NCBI RefSeq assembly: GCF_023055435.1
Contig: NW_025963791.1
Span: 33,108,001 to 33,172,000, forward strand
DNA length: 64,000 nt
Origin: Haliotis rufescens
Taxonomy: Eukaryota
Direction of reading: 5' to 3'
The notes under the pieces are model-generated. The model was not told the origin of the DNA. It did not search any database and saw only the letters and a program-made list of their open reading frames with translations. The position numbers and the translations under genes are program-made. Of this stretch, positions 1 to 11,315 are shown piece after piece. Positions within the stretch are counted from its first letter, which is position 1. Each line of letters opens with the position of its first letter.

Positions 1-1712
1 GTGAAATGGGTGTTTCCAACGGCAAGGACTACGATAACGAATGTTTACAAAAGACACTTGCAATCACCTTGCCAGTTCTCCTATGGCTATTTTTACGTCA
101 AAAGAATATCAACAGCGAAAGTACAGCCGCAGTTCTGTGTACACAGTAGGACCAGAGTTCACTCTCTACAACCATCTAGCAGCGGCGGTCATCCCTTCAT
201 AGTATAGAAACATTTTGTCTATATGTCTCTACTGGGGGCTGCGGGTCGACCAGTTAGAAAATGACTTACACTTCTTGATCTCAGACTGGCTATAAATAAT
301 AAAATATTTATTTTATGTCTTATCTCTTCCTAAATCATTTAGAATCTACCTAAAAAAACATATACTTTGGCGGTGCTAGCGAAACATCGACCAATATTAA
401 TTATTAACGAATGTTTATTAATTATGTGTTAGGTAATGATTTGTATATTATGGAATTATTCCGTGTTATGTCCAGTGCCAACACCAAACCTACCTCTCAG
501 TTGTCCCCTGTCCTGTGTTGATATGACGTCTTCCAGTCACAAGATCAGTATACGCCAAACCATGTGATCTACTTGTGTAACCCAGACTACTAATGTTATC
601 TATGAGATAGAAGGGAAAAGAAACAGAAAGCAGACAGACAGTGTAGACTCGTTTTCAAGAACCTTTGAGTGCGTTAACCTGGTACGTTGGATCAACACTG
701 TGGGTAAGGGAGGGAGATACTTATGGTCTTTTTGGACAAATTGTATAAAATGTTGCAGTAAGTTTAAACGTCCTTTCGTAGATTTAAAAACGAAAATGCG
801 TCGGGTACGTTTCTGGGGTAATATCAAGTGTCTACAGTGTAAAAAGGTACAGCTGACCAGCTTCAGTGACAGGGAGAAAAGGTATGTCAGTTGATCGTGG
901 CGTCATGGTAACCGATGATGTCACACTGGTCTGCAAAACATTGTGACGCAACTTTAATGTAGCGGTACCACCTGTGGAATCCAGTTATGGATTAAGAATC
1001 GACTTCAATATGTTTTTGCGTTTATGGAGGTGTACGTACATGACAGACAATGGTACAGTGTCATGTTTTTTATTTGTGAGAAATACATTCTGCTCTTGTT
1101 GAGTGTAAATGCTATTTAAAACAATCCAATAATTATGTGTGCGGTACAAATAAGTAAAAGAAATCAATTGAAGTTTTCTTTCAATGATTTCATTGATTTT
1201 GTGCCTCTAAGCACAAAAATACATTTTACAAGTCAACAATAACAACTTCAAAGGCTGTCTATTAAGTCATTACCACAAACAAAGAGTAGACGATTCAAAT
1301 ATGACACTGTACAGCACAATAGTGCAACACAAGATCTGCCAACTCTATCATCAGCCAGTCATGAAACAAATCCGAGGGTGTGCGTGGCCTAATGTTTGTT
1401 CAGTTTATTCAGAGTAAACTAAATCTATTTTACGGTCTCTGATTATGGAGCTGACGCACAAAAAAAATTTCATTTTTAGCCAAACACTAACATGGAATCA
1501 CTTACAGTTTATTTTTTGACAATTGAACAATGAAATGTACTATACCTACGGCACTATTATAATCATTAGAGATATGAACACAATTACACAATTGTAGAAG
1601 TGTTCCTACGTACAGGTATGATGCAGGAGCTATTTGTTTTTAAGTGGCTCACCATAACGTTCCACAAAACAAACTTCATGACATCACAAATGGAACATTC
1701 CTACATGGAACA

Positions 1713-1980
1713 GACCGCCTCCTAGTCTAGTGGTAGAGCGTCCGCCCAGAGAGCGGAAGTTCCGGGGTTCGATCCCCGACCGCGTCATTCCAAAAGACGT
1801 TAAAAGATAGTACTTGTTGTTACCCTGTCTGGTACTCGGCATTAAGGGGATAAAACAAGGACTGGTCGGCTCGGAGTCAATATACTGTGTCTGAGTGGGG
1901 TATTCTTGTTAAACTTCGGCATGGTATCTCAGTGAGCTAGCACTATAAATCGGCATCAGTCCGGACTAGTACAAGCAGCC

Positions 1981-2016
<36 letters not shown>

Positions 2017-2092
2017 ACACACGTGCAGACACGTCGCTATATAAGTGCAATAATCATGGACGCGACGCTAAACCCCATTTCACCGCACCTCA
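1713..2092 (+). mobile_element. tRNA-derived SINE (family 1, ~380 bp, internal CA repeat, (CACCT)n tail)
   Basis: A-box TAGTCTAGTGG and B-box GGTTCGATCCC. Perfect 13-bp TSD cctacatggaaca (1700-1712, 2093-2105). Empty site in paralogs near 36925 and 54169. Confidence 0.92.
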
Positions 2093-2644
2093 CCTACATG
2101 GAACACCCTATCTACTATCTAGTAAAGTAAAAACATTCTTTGACCACGGTGCAATGGACCATGTACCTAACATGGTACTGACTGGAGCTAGGGCGAGTCC
2201 AAATCTACAGCCCGGGTTACCAACCCGACCCGGGAACCCGCTGATGGTCTCAAGAGTTGGGAACTCATTAGTGTCATTAAACAATATATCAAGTGACCAT
2301 CCACAGGTCCAAGTAGTCATGTGAGCACATCAATAACAAGTAAACCATATCATATCTACTAAGAATAGAGTGAAGTATTGGTATCTCTTGAGCAGATTGG
2401 GATCAAAACACGGGCTTTTCGCCTTCCCGGCCGACACCGTACTCACGAGAACACGGAGCCGGTTTAATTAAGAGAATCGGGTTGCTAAACACATAATCTG
2501 ATGTGTAATGATGTGGACATAATGTCTGTGGATACACCTTTGTATGATCATTCACACCCCAATCGGAGGAGTCCATTTTGAGTTGTTATAGTGAATTTAA
2601 CACCAGCGATAGTGATGATTGAAATCATGCAGTGGTTGATGTGA

Positions 2645-4275
2645 CTACATGAAGTTTACTTCGTGTATCTGACCTTCAGATGATTTCGTGTATCTGACTT
2701 TGTTCACACACATACAGTGTGTCATGTCTATCGACATACAATCCCCATGGATCACAGCCAATGTCCTGATGATCTGTGACATAATCCCCTGTCTCTGTCA
2801 GCCTTGTAACCTTATTGGTGCCTGCAACCAGGATGTCTCCTGTTGGAGTAGTTGTCATACCATAAGGGGCGAGTTCCTGTCTCCGGTAGGGGCGTATCTC
2901 CATACAACATCCCCCTCTGACCTAACACATGTCACAGACTGCTCCCCCCTGTCAGACACGAGTATGCTGCCCTTGTTGTTTACACACATGTACCAGGGAT
3001 CGGTAAACAGTGGCTCCTTGTTGTGTGTAGTGACTGACCTCAGCACGTGTCCCGCCATGTCCAGGATATCAACACAGTCATATGTACATGCTGCTAGAGA
3101 TGGAGGACTCAGAACAGCGAGACTGACGTACCCCTTGCGTGTTGTGATGGTTGAGAGCAGCAGCAGGTCAGGGGTCACTTCTACTGTTACAATCTGACTG
3201 GATTCAGGGACAGCAACCATCACCTGGTTCTCCTTCCTCTGTGTTACACTCCATGGAGAGTCATCCAGGGGAAGTCTACTTTGACACAGTTGATTGTTTC
3301 TAGTGTAGAAGGATTTCACACACTTGTTCTTCCTGTCAGTGACTACAACTGTCTGTATACCATCAACAACCAGGACTGTGACGTCACATAGAGCAGGCTC
3401 AGCCTCATCGCCCGCCATCCTCCCATCTATCTGGTCAACAAGCAGTGGAGACGTCAGACATGTGCCCTCATCCTTGTATGTGACGTCAATCTTCCACAGC
3501 TGTAGGTCATCTAGGATGTGCTGGACGTTGTCAGTGTCAGGTGTAAACCTGATGTCATCTATTCTCCGTGTGTCTACTGTGTCTGTGTCCCTGACATCCC
3601 CCAACTCTACAGCCCCCGACTCCCAGGCCTGATACGCGTCATACAGGTCCATCTCACAGTCCGATACCAAGGCCTGGTCAATGAACACACAATGTTGTCT
3701 GTACATCTGAATCTCAATCTCTTCAAGTTTAACATCTGCTTTAAGTTCCTTTGTTTGTTTGTCTGTAATATCCTTGAATTCATTAATCAGTTGTTTTCCT
3801 TTCTCCTCAACAGCACATTTAATGTGATTTTCTACTGCTATTTTGTTTTTCTCAATTCCGCTAATTTTCTCGTCTGTTTTCTTAACAATTGTTACTTTTC
3901 TATGTATTTTCTTTGATAACTGTTTAGCATGCCTTCTTAAATGGTATTTCAGGTTTGACAACATGGACTGAATTGTAACGACAGACTCGCATTTCCTATG
4001 GTAAACAACACAACATGTCTGACACACAGCTTTGGGGCAGTCTTTACATACAAGCTTTATAACCTCATCCTTATGTTCCCTGCATATGACCTTGCGCCTC
4101 CTCTTCACCTTGACCTCCCCTGAAATGTCACAGATCTCATGGTCATGTGATGATGGACTTGCAACATGCATCTTGACACATCTCTCGCAGAGGGACACTT
4201 GACACTCAGAACACCATGAGGCTCCCGGAGTTGTCTCCCCTAACTTCTCACACACTGAGCAACATGAAGCGGAAC
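2645..4275 (-). CDS. TRIM-A coding exon 2 (B-box1, B-box2, coiled coil, NHL-like propeller); 1-nt frameshift near 2877 truncates the last blades (possible pseudogene)
   Basis: AG acceptor at 4277-4276 joins in frame (KTG-SASCCSVCEK). ORF 2855..4255 stops at GDRNSPLMV, while the paralogous C-terminus continues in another frame (ORF 2676..2903). Ancestral stop at 2645-2647. Confidence 0.85.
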
Positions 4276-4569
4276 CTGTAAGTGGACATGTCTATAGTTA
4301 TTTGACATATCATGAGAATATTTATATAAATTAGAAGATTGAGAATCCAGGTAAAATCACCCCCTCTCAACTATTTTCAATGCACGAATAGCGCGTTGGG
4401 TGTAGGCTTGGAGGTAAAGTGTTGGCTTGTCACGCGCATGGGTTTGTTGTGGAAGCCCTGTATTGGCATGATTGGCAGTGGCTTAAAACTGAACTCATTC
4501 ACCCAGTTATGTACATGTAGTTTCAACAGGTACAATTACATTTATAAGTTCATGATCATGATTATCATG

Positions 4570-4717
4570 GGCGATGGGGAAGCCAAGAGGTTTAAGTGTT
4601 AGCCAGGTTTGATTCCCGACATGAGTAAAATGTGTGAACCCCATTTCTTGTGTCTCCCGCAGTGATATCTCTGGAACATTGCTGAAGGCGGCAAAAATAC
4701 ATACTCACTCACTCACT
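4570..4717 (+). mobile_element. Degenerate SINE family 2 in TRIM intron (equivalent copies ~39405-39556, 56650-56775, 56820-56945; older copy ~24905-25050)
   Basis: Family core aatgtgtgaaccccatttc..gtgatat..attgctgaaggcggc..actcactc. Confidence 0.75.
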
Positions 4718-5152
4718 AATATCAAACTGAAACATTCTATCATTACAAATACCCTTTTAATAAACTGCCATTTGTAGATGTTTTCAGATAATAATATTTT
4801 CAAGGGCTTTATGGATGATCTGATTATATTAGCATCATGTAAACCGATAATAATCAGCAGGTCAATAAGCATTGCCAGTGCACATCGTCCCGACGTCAAA
4901 ATATATTGTAAATATTTCTATGCCGTGATTACAGTTAGAGTCATGTTTGTAACAAAAGTATATTTTCAGGAGTCGATTAGTGGAGTCAATTGGTATCATT
5001 GAACATACTGTTAACAGCAATACTGTAATTATACTGCATGTTTAAACAAATAATGAGTACCCTTTAACATGCCTTTATCACAAACATGATTCTTATTAAT
5101 AGATTTCAGTTTGTGAAATGAATGTGTAATTCATAATATAATAAACCATTAC

Positions 5153-5438
5153 CTGTTTTGACAACGTCAATCAGCCCCTGTATAATGATGCTGGGTTTGA
5201 TCTGCCCCGCCCACTCCTCCACTGGCCAGCTGGGGTGGGGGACCTTGGTATCTTGTCGACAGAAGGCACAGGGGATCGTCTTGGACTGTACAGCATCTGG
5301 TTTGGTATGGATGTTTGCAGTGACACATTTCCTGCAGAATGTGTGATCACACCTCAGTGTACAGGGGTCTGTGTACAGTTCCTGGCAGATCACACAGGTG
5401 AGGAACTCCATCACTTTCTCAGCTCGCGACGTCGCCAT
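5153..5438 (-). CDS. TRIM-A coding exon 1 (C3HC4 RING finger)
   Basis: ATG at 5438 directly after an AG acceptor (ttttacAG|ATG). Encodes CVIC..CDHTFCRKC..CAFC RING. GT donor at 5152-5151. 286 nt, phase 1; 12 nt shorter than paralogs (lacks TQAD). Confidence 0.9.
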
Positions 5439-6377
5439 CTGTAAAACATAAATAACTGCTCACTTTTCCAAGAAATAATTTCAGCTGAAGTTGTTCCGTC
5501 TTTGTAATGGAGTAGCATGTGTTCTGTTTGAGACAATAACATTTCTTGAGTGCGACTTTGGGCTAACCTTCCATATCAAGCTGACACGGGATGATATTAC
5601 TGAAATACTGCATAAAGCGGCATTACACCAAACTCACTCACTCCATCATGAACTGTGTGCACCACTAAGTATGCTGAAACGCCTCTGTAAATCCATGTCG
5701 AATGAGTCGTTAACATATCATTTCTTGTCACAAAAATGACCATATCGACCAATCCATAGTGCTACAGGAATAACAGATTCTAAAATCGTGACTTCATGTC
5801 AAACAAGGTGTTTCAGAAGCGTGTGTCTATGTATTTGTTTATACTATTGTTTCAATAAAACATGTTCCTACATTATAGTTTTTTATAAATTCTGTCATGA
5901 GAACAAGTTCGATCGACACAATAAAAGATTAACCTGGAATAGACGAACCGAAACTGAATATATGAATGTATAGTGATCATGTGAGATGAGATTTGATGTC
6001 AACTTCACTCATGTAGATGTGGCAGTAAACTGTCGTCATTGATTCAAATGCGCATTTGTTTTTATATTAAAAGCTAACTTTAAAACAACTACCAATAGGG
6101 TCTTGTATTGATGACCTGTAATCCACCTCCGTCAACACCAACCAAGCCTTGATTTACTGGTTGTAGACACGCCCCCCTCACAGTCACAATACAAGGGAGG
6201 TAACTGTGAACGTTAGTATTCAGGACCAAGTCAACATATCTTTATTGTGTCATTTTTACACGTCGACGAATGACATTGTTTACCTGAATGTCAAACATTT
6301 GTAAAACCCATAACAATAAAAGAAATTTAAATCAATATACTTTACATTTTTCTATTTTCTTGGGGCCAACAATTCCT

Positions 6378-6389
6378 ACTTTCGGTTTC
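6378..6389 (-). promoter_or_regulatory. ISRE/IRF-binding-like motif upstream of TRIM-A
   Basis: Minus strand reads GAAACCGAAAGT (matches GAAANNGAAA), ~95 bp upstream of a candidate 5'UTR-exon donor (CAG|GTAAAC near 6284). Confidence 0.5.
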
Positions 6390-8283
6390 TCTTCGTTTAA
6401 CGTTTCGTGTGTTATTAAGTTTAAATTTAAGAAATACAAACCTTACATAAGTTTGATGCTGTCGATGTCCTGAATAAACAGGTATACTAGTTCTTCATGT
6501 GCACTGTGTGAGATTCAATTGTACGTCCTGGATGCCTTTAAATAACCAAATCCCGCCTCGGTTCACACCTGTGCCTGTCCCTTCCGCATGAAATACAAGG
6601 GAGGTAACTGCGAAATCTCGACTAGTGGTGATTCATAAGCGATCAAATCTGATGGCAACGTAGGTTCCTGGATCGAATCAAGGATGATTCTTGTAACAAC
6701 GCTAGAGATCGGCACATTTCAATATACACACGCGGGACACACTGTAAACAGCATGTTTGTAATATCCTAAGATGTCCTACGCATTCGTATTTGTACAATT
6801 ATGTGCCAAAATGCATGTAATGTGGGTTTGCAGCAGAACAAGAAGTAAAAGGTTGGGCCAGCGGTTATGTGGCAGGTGTGGTGATCGACATGTCATAAAT
6901 GTTCCAAAAAAGAAATATACCACAGATAAAATAGCTTTTCCTGAAACGTAAAGCAAAATCATACCAATATCACTAAGTAATGTTAACGGGCACACCGTTA
7001 TGTGATGCAAGTCACTGCAAAAATGAAATAATCTTGAAAGTGATATTGGTCCCTATATTTTCACCTCATCTCCAGAGCTTAGTGTGTAATTATAGCATGG
7101 TACGATATATTATCGCGGTAGTCAAATTATAATGGATCGTAATGGCGCACGCTTACAAACTTATTAAATATGTCATACACAAAATGCTTGTTCTTTGTTC
7201 AACTTTTATGACACATCAATAAGGATTGATCGATCCTGATTTTCTTTACCGAGTTCGGTAAACAAAGCACCTGTCATTAGCGAATGAAGGGCGGGCAGCT
7301 CTATATTACCGGGGTATGGCTATGTTGTGGCGTGATACATGTGGATCATGTGGCTTCACTTCCTGATTTGTATTATGCACAATCGGTATTCATACGACCT
7401 ACGTTGGGTCAAGGGACTTCGTCCAAACAAATGGGTTCTTTTCTGATCTATTAGAATGGAGGCAGGGGTATTTCCACTCCAAATATATTCAAGAAACTAC
7501 CATGAAAAAGTTAAAGTGTGTATACGTGACATACCACAACGAGTCCTGTATTCGATCATGCGATGAAATATCGTGCTAAGATTTGCATAAGTAAACAGTC
7601 GACATGAGTGTGGATTACCAGATTTATCGATACCGCAATAATATAGAGCCCGCGATAATACAGAGTCATACCCTGTAATGATACCAGTCTCATTCAAATA
7701 CAATCCTCGTGCTCGCTACTCATTCATAGAGATCACAAAGATCTGGTTTTAATGAGAGTGTAGTGACACCAGGTGTATGTTGAGAGATACGCGGCCACAT
7801 GAATTCTTGACTTGATATCTGAGTTGACCTTACTGCACAGGAGGCTGGGCGGATCACCAAGGGAGACTATCTGGTAGTGACCTCGGACACAACGAGGAAG
7901 CAGTTGTTGAACCAGGCTGACTGCATGGAGAAGATACCAGTATACAAGCCAAACTGAAAATACCATTTGGTCCATTTTCTAAGCTATCTATCTATCAGAT
8001 GCGTTGAAGCTGATATGGCGCAAGGGTTTGGGGATAAATTTTGCTTCTTTGTGTGACTTGTAACTAAGTGATTGATATTGTGAGCAATGATCCACTCCAA
8101 CAGGGTAAATGAAACACAACAAATCAAGTCACAGAGCCTGACCACTCGGTCCCTTTGGTCGCCTTTTACAACCAGCATACGTTACTGAGGACATATTCTA
8201 ACCTGGGATCCATGTTGGGATCAACAATGTCAGTGTGAATTGCCCAACTTATGATGAAATATGTAGGACTCAAGCAAATATGA

Positions 8284-8517
8284 TTGTTTGTTGACAAATT
8301 GTTGTTGAGGGCTACACTCAGCATTATTCCAGCTATGTCAGTAATTATTTTAGTCTGGACCAGACAATCCAGGGATTGACATCATGAGCATCTACCATGC
8401 AAGTCAGTGAGCCTGACCACCCGATCCCGTTAGTCGCCTCTTAAGACAAGCATAGTCACCTTTTATAGCAAGCATGGGTTGCTGAAGACCTATTCTACCA
8501 CTGATCTTCATGGGTAC
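8284..8517 (-). mobile_element. Family 3 retroelement (further partial copies ~8060-8215, 26650-26820, 32580-32772, 42800-42950, 47895-48040, 60365-60425)
   Basis: Reverse complement of the 9147 element, with an imperfect 12-bp TSD. Confidence 0.78.
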
Positions 8518-9146
8518 AAACAAATACGAATGGCCCAAGCACTGAACCAATTTAAAGAACAGAGAAGGTTCCAATCCTGTCTGCATCTAATATTTACGAA
8601 CTGCTGTAAAAAGCTGGAATTTTGCTAACTGCTGTGGAATTCAGTATTCACTCAAGCCTATGTGAGTAATTAACTGGACATTTTGACTGGTGCATGTTTC
8701 AGAATGGCCAAGGCAAAGCAGGTTGTGCTGAGGGAGAAAAAACAACACTCCCTCAAGAAACAACATCGCCAGACTCCATGTGTGGGCAGTTCATGACCAC
8801 AGAAGACTGTGTATAAGCATTGTAGAGTGTGTGTGAGAGTGAAGTCCAGTGTGTGGTGGAGGTGAATGTCGACAGTCCAAGGACAGCTGCAGGAGGTGTT
8901 GATTCAGTCAAGGCGGAAGTTGTGTGTCATCATATGTGTCGACCTGTGTCACTTCACCTCAGTCAGTTTGTAGCCCTGATAATAAAGTGAAGTTCTACAT
9001 TGTCTGATTTATGAATTTAATTTGGGCTGACGTTTGGAATAGAGTGGAGGATTGATGAAAGCTGAATATTTAGTGCAGAGGATTTTGTGCAACGGTTTCA
9101 CAAACCGGAGCTCTGCCACTGTCACTATTGTTTTCCTCAAGCACAC

Positions 9147-9399
9147 GACCCATGGAGATCCAGGGAGGATAGGCCTTCAGCAACCCATGCTTGCCGTATA
9201 CTTGTTGTAAGAGGCGACTTACAGGATCGGGTGGCCAGGCTCGCTGACTTGATTGATGCATGCCATCGTATCCCAATTGCGAGGATCTATGCTCATGATA
9301 TCAATCACTGGATTGTCTGGTCCAGACTCGATTGTTTACATACCATCGTCATATAGCTGGAATATTGATGAATGCCACGTTAAACAACAAACAAAAATA
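9147..9399 (+). mobile_element. Non-tRNA short retroelement (family 3; RTE-like head, (AAAC)n tail)
   Basis: Head gacccatggagatcc..cttcagcaacccatgcttg..taagaggcgact; tail atattg..cgttaaacaacaaacaaa. TSD tcaagc[a/g]cac at 9137-9146 and 9400-9409. Confidence 0.8.
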
Positions 9400-9743
9400 T
9401 CAAGCGCACACTTTGAGACCTCTGAAGTGATCATAACGTTATTCCAATGGAAGCCAGAGGCATGGGACTTCTGTTTCAAAGGGAAACAACACTCCAACTC
9501 TTAGTCGTCTTCCAGGCGCCGGTTTAATTAGCCTGTATAATCAACAGATGTAGATGTAGTACAAAATACAATCAGTCAAGATTATAGTCAATATGTATAT
9601 TTTGAATCTGTGAAGAAAGTCATCCATTTTTCAATATGCTCTTTAAAGTTGCACCGCACTGAACAGCATTATGGGTCAAAGATGAGTGTAGAGATTATTG
9701 AGTCAGCTGTCACCTAATTTGGTGAAGTCCTCCAGATAAATTG

Positions 9744-9900
9744 GGGGAGGTGGGGTAGCCTAGTGGATAATGTGTTTGATTGTCACATTATAAACCTATG
9801 TCACATTATAAACCTACAGTGTGTGAAGCCCATTTCTGGTGTCCCCCATCGTGATATTGCTGAAATATTGCTAAAAGCAGCGTAAAACCATACTCACTCA
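9744..9900 (+). mobile_element. Short tRNA-derived SINE (family 2, ~165 bp, (CACT)n tail)
   Basis: ggtagcctagtgg head; cccatttctggtgtcccc core. TSD ctccagata[a/t]attg at 9730-9743 and 9901-9914. Confidence 0.8.
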
Positions 9901-11060
9901 CTCCAGATATATTGTTGGTGGTAGGAAAAATATCGGGGCCTTCAAGAAAAGGTTGAAATGCCTCTGCTTGCATTTTCACATGTGATGCAAAAAACTGTGT
10001 TCTTACAGTTGTGTTTGACATCAAAATCACGGCACCTGTCCCAGACGTGCAGTATTTGGAGACATTCCATGGAAGGATCTGGACTATAGGTTGAGTTACT
10101 TAAGAACAAGTCAAATAATATCAAGTGACTTCATACACACATTCATTCACCATGTTCCGACTTGTTGTTTTTATACAAGCTAGCACACCACAGTACTTAT
10201 TACATATTNNNNNNNNNNNNNNNNNNNNNNNNNNNNNNNNNNNNNNNNNNNNNNNNNNNNNNNNNNNNNNNNNNNNNNNNNNNNNNNNNNNNNNNNNNNN
10301 NNNNNNNNNNNNNNNNNNNNNNNNNNNNNNNNNNNNNNNNNNNNNNNNNNNNNNNNNNNNNNNNNNNNNNNNNNNNNNNNNNNNNNNNNNNNNNNNNNNN
10401 NNNNNNNNNNNNNNNNNNNNNNNNNNNNNNNNNNNNNNNNNNNNNNNNNNNNNNNNNNNNNNNNNNNNNNNNNNNNNNNNNNNNNNNNNNNNNNNNNNNN
10501 NNNNNNNNNNNNNNNNNNNNNNNNNNNNNNNNNNNNNNNNNNNNNNNNNNNNNNNNNNNNNNNNNNNNNNNNNNNNNNNNNNNNNNNNNNNNNNNNNNNN
10601 NNNNNNNNNNNNNNNNNNNNNNNNNNNNNNNNNNNNNNNNNNNNNNNNNNNNNNNNNNNNNNNNNNNNNNNNNNNNNNNNNNNNNNNNNNNNNNNNNNNN
10701 NNNNNNNNNNNNNNNNNNNNNNNNNNNNNNNNNNNNNNNNNNNNNNNNNNNNNNNNNNNNNNNNNNNNNNNNNNNNNNNNNNNNNNNNNNNNNNNNNNNN
10801 NNNNNNNNNNNNNNNNNNNNNNNNNNNNNNNNNNNNNNNNNNNNNNNNNNNNNNNNNNNNNNNNNNNNNNNNNNNNNNNNNNNNNNNNNNNNNNNNNNNN
10901 NNNNNNNNNNNNNNNNNNNNNNNNNNNNNNNNNNNNNNNNNNNNNNNNNNNNNNNNNNNNNNNNNNNNNNNNNNNNNNNNNNNNNNNNNNNNNNNNNNNN
11001 NNNNNNNNNNNNNNNNNNNNNNNNNNNNNNNNNNNNNNNNNNNNNNNNNNNNNNNNNNNN

Positions 11061-11164
11061 GTCTTGTCCTGTCTTGTCTTGTCTTGTCTTGTCTTGTCTT
11101 GTCTTGTCTTGTCTTGTCTTGTCTTGTCTTGTCTTGTCTTGTCTTGTCTTGATTTGTCTTGTCT
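11061..11164 (+). repeat. (GTCTT)n microsatellite next to an assembly gap
   Basis: Directly visible; gap at 10209-11060. Confidence 0.97.
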
Positions 11165-11315
11165 AATGTGATGTGTAATGATGTGGAAATAATGTCTGTG
11201 GGTACACCTTTGTATGAACAATTCACACCACAATCGGAAGAGTCCATTTTGAGTTGTTGTAGTGCATTTAACACCAGTGATACTGATGATTGAAATCATG
11301 CAATAGGTGATGTGA

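Larger units (their letters stand above)
1..7010 (+). repeat. Segmental duplication unit (TRIM-A unit), paralogous to ~33077-41850
   Basis: Position 1 aligns to 33077. Colinear similarity runs through the TRIM gene and upstream flank. This copy lacks ~34003-35808 and ~36192-36440. Confidence 0.9.

Noticed and set aside
2688-3916. Plus-strand ORFs overlapping the TRIM exons (repeated at each paralog)
   Set aside because: Antisense shadows of the TRIM coding sequence, with no independent motifs.
7733-8960. Higher-GC segments (7740-7970, 8700-8960) that might be exons
   Set aside because: No recognisable protein similarity by eye; could be decayed repeats. Needs BLASTX or RNA-seq.
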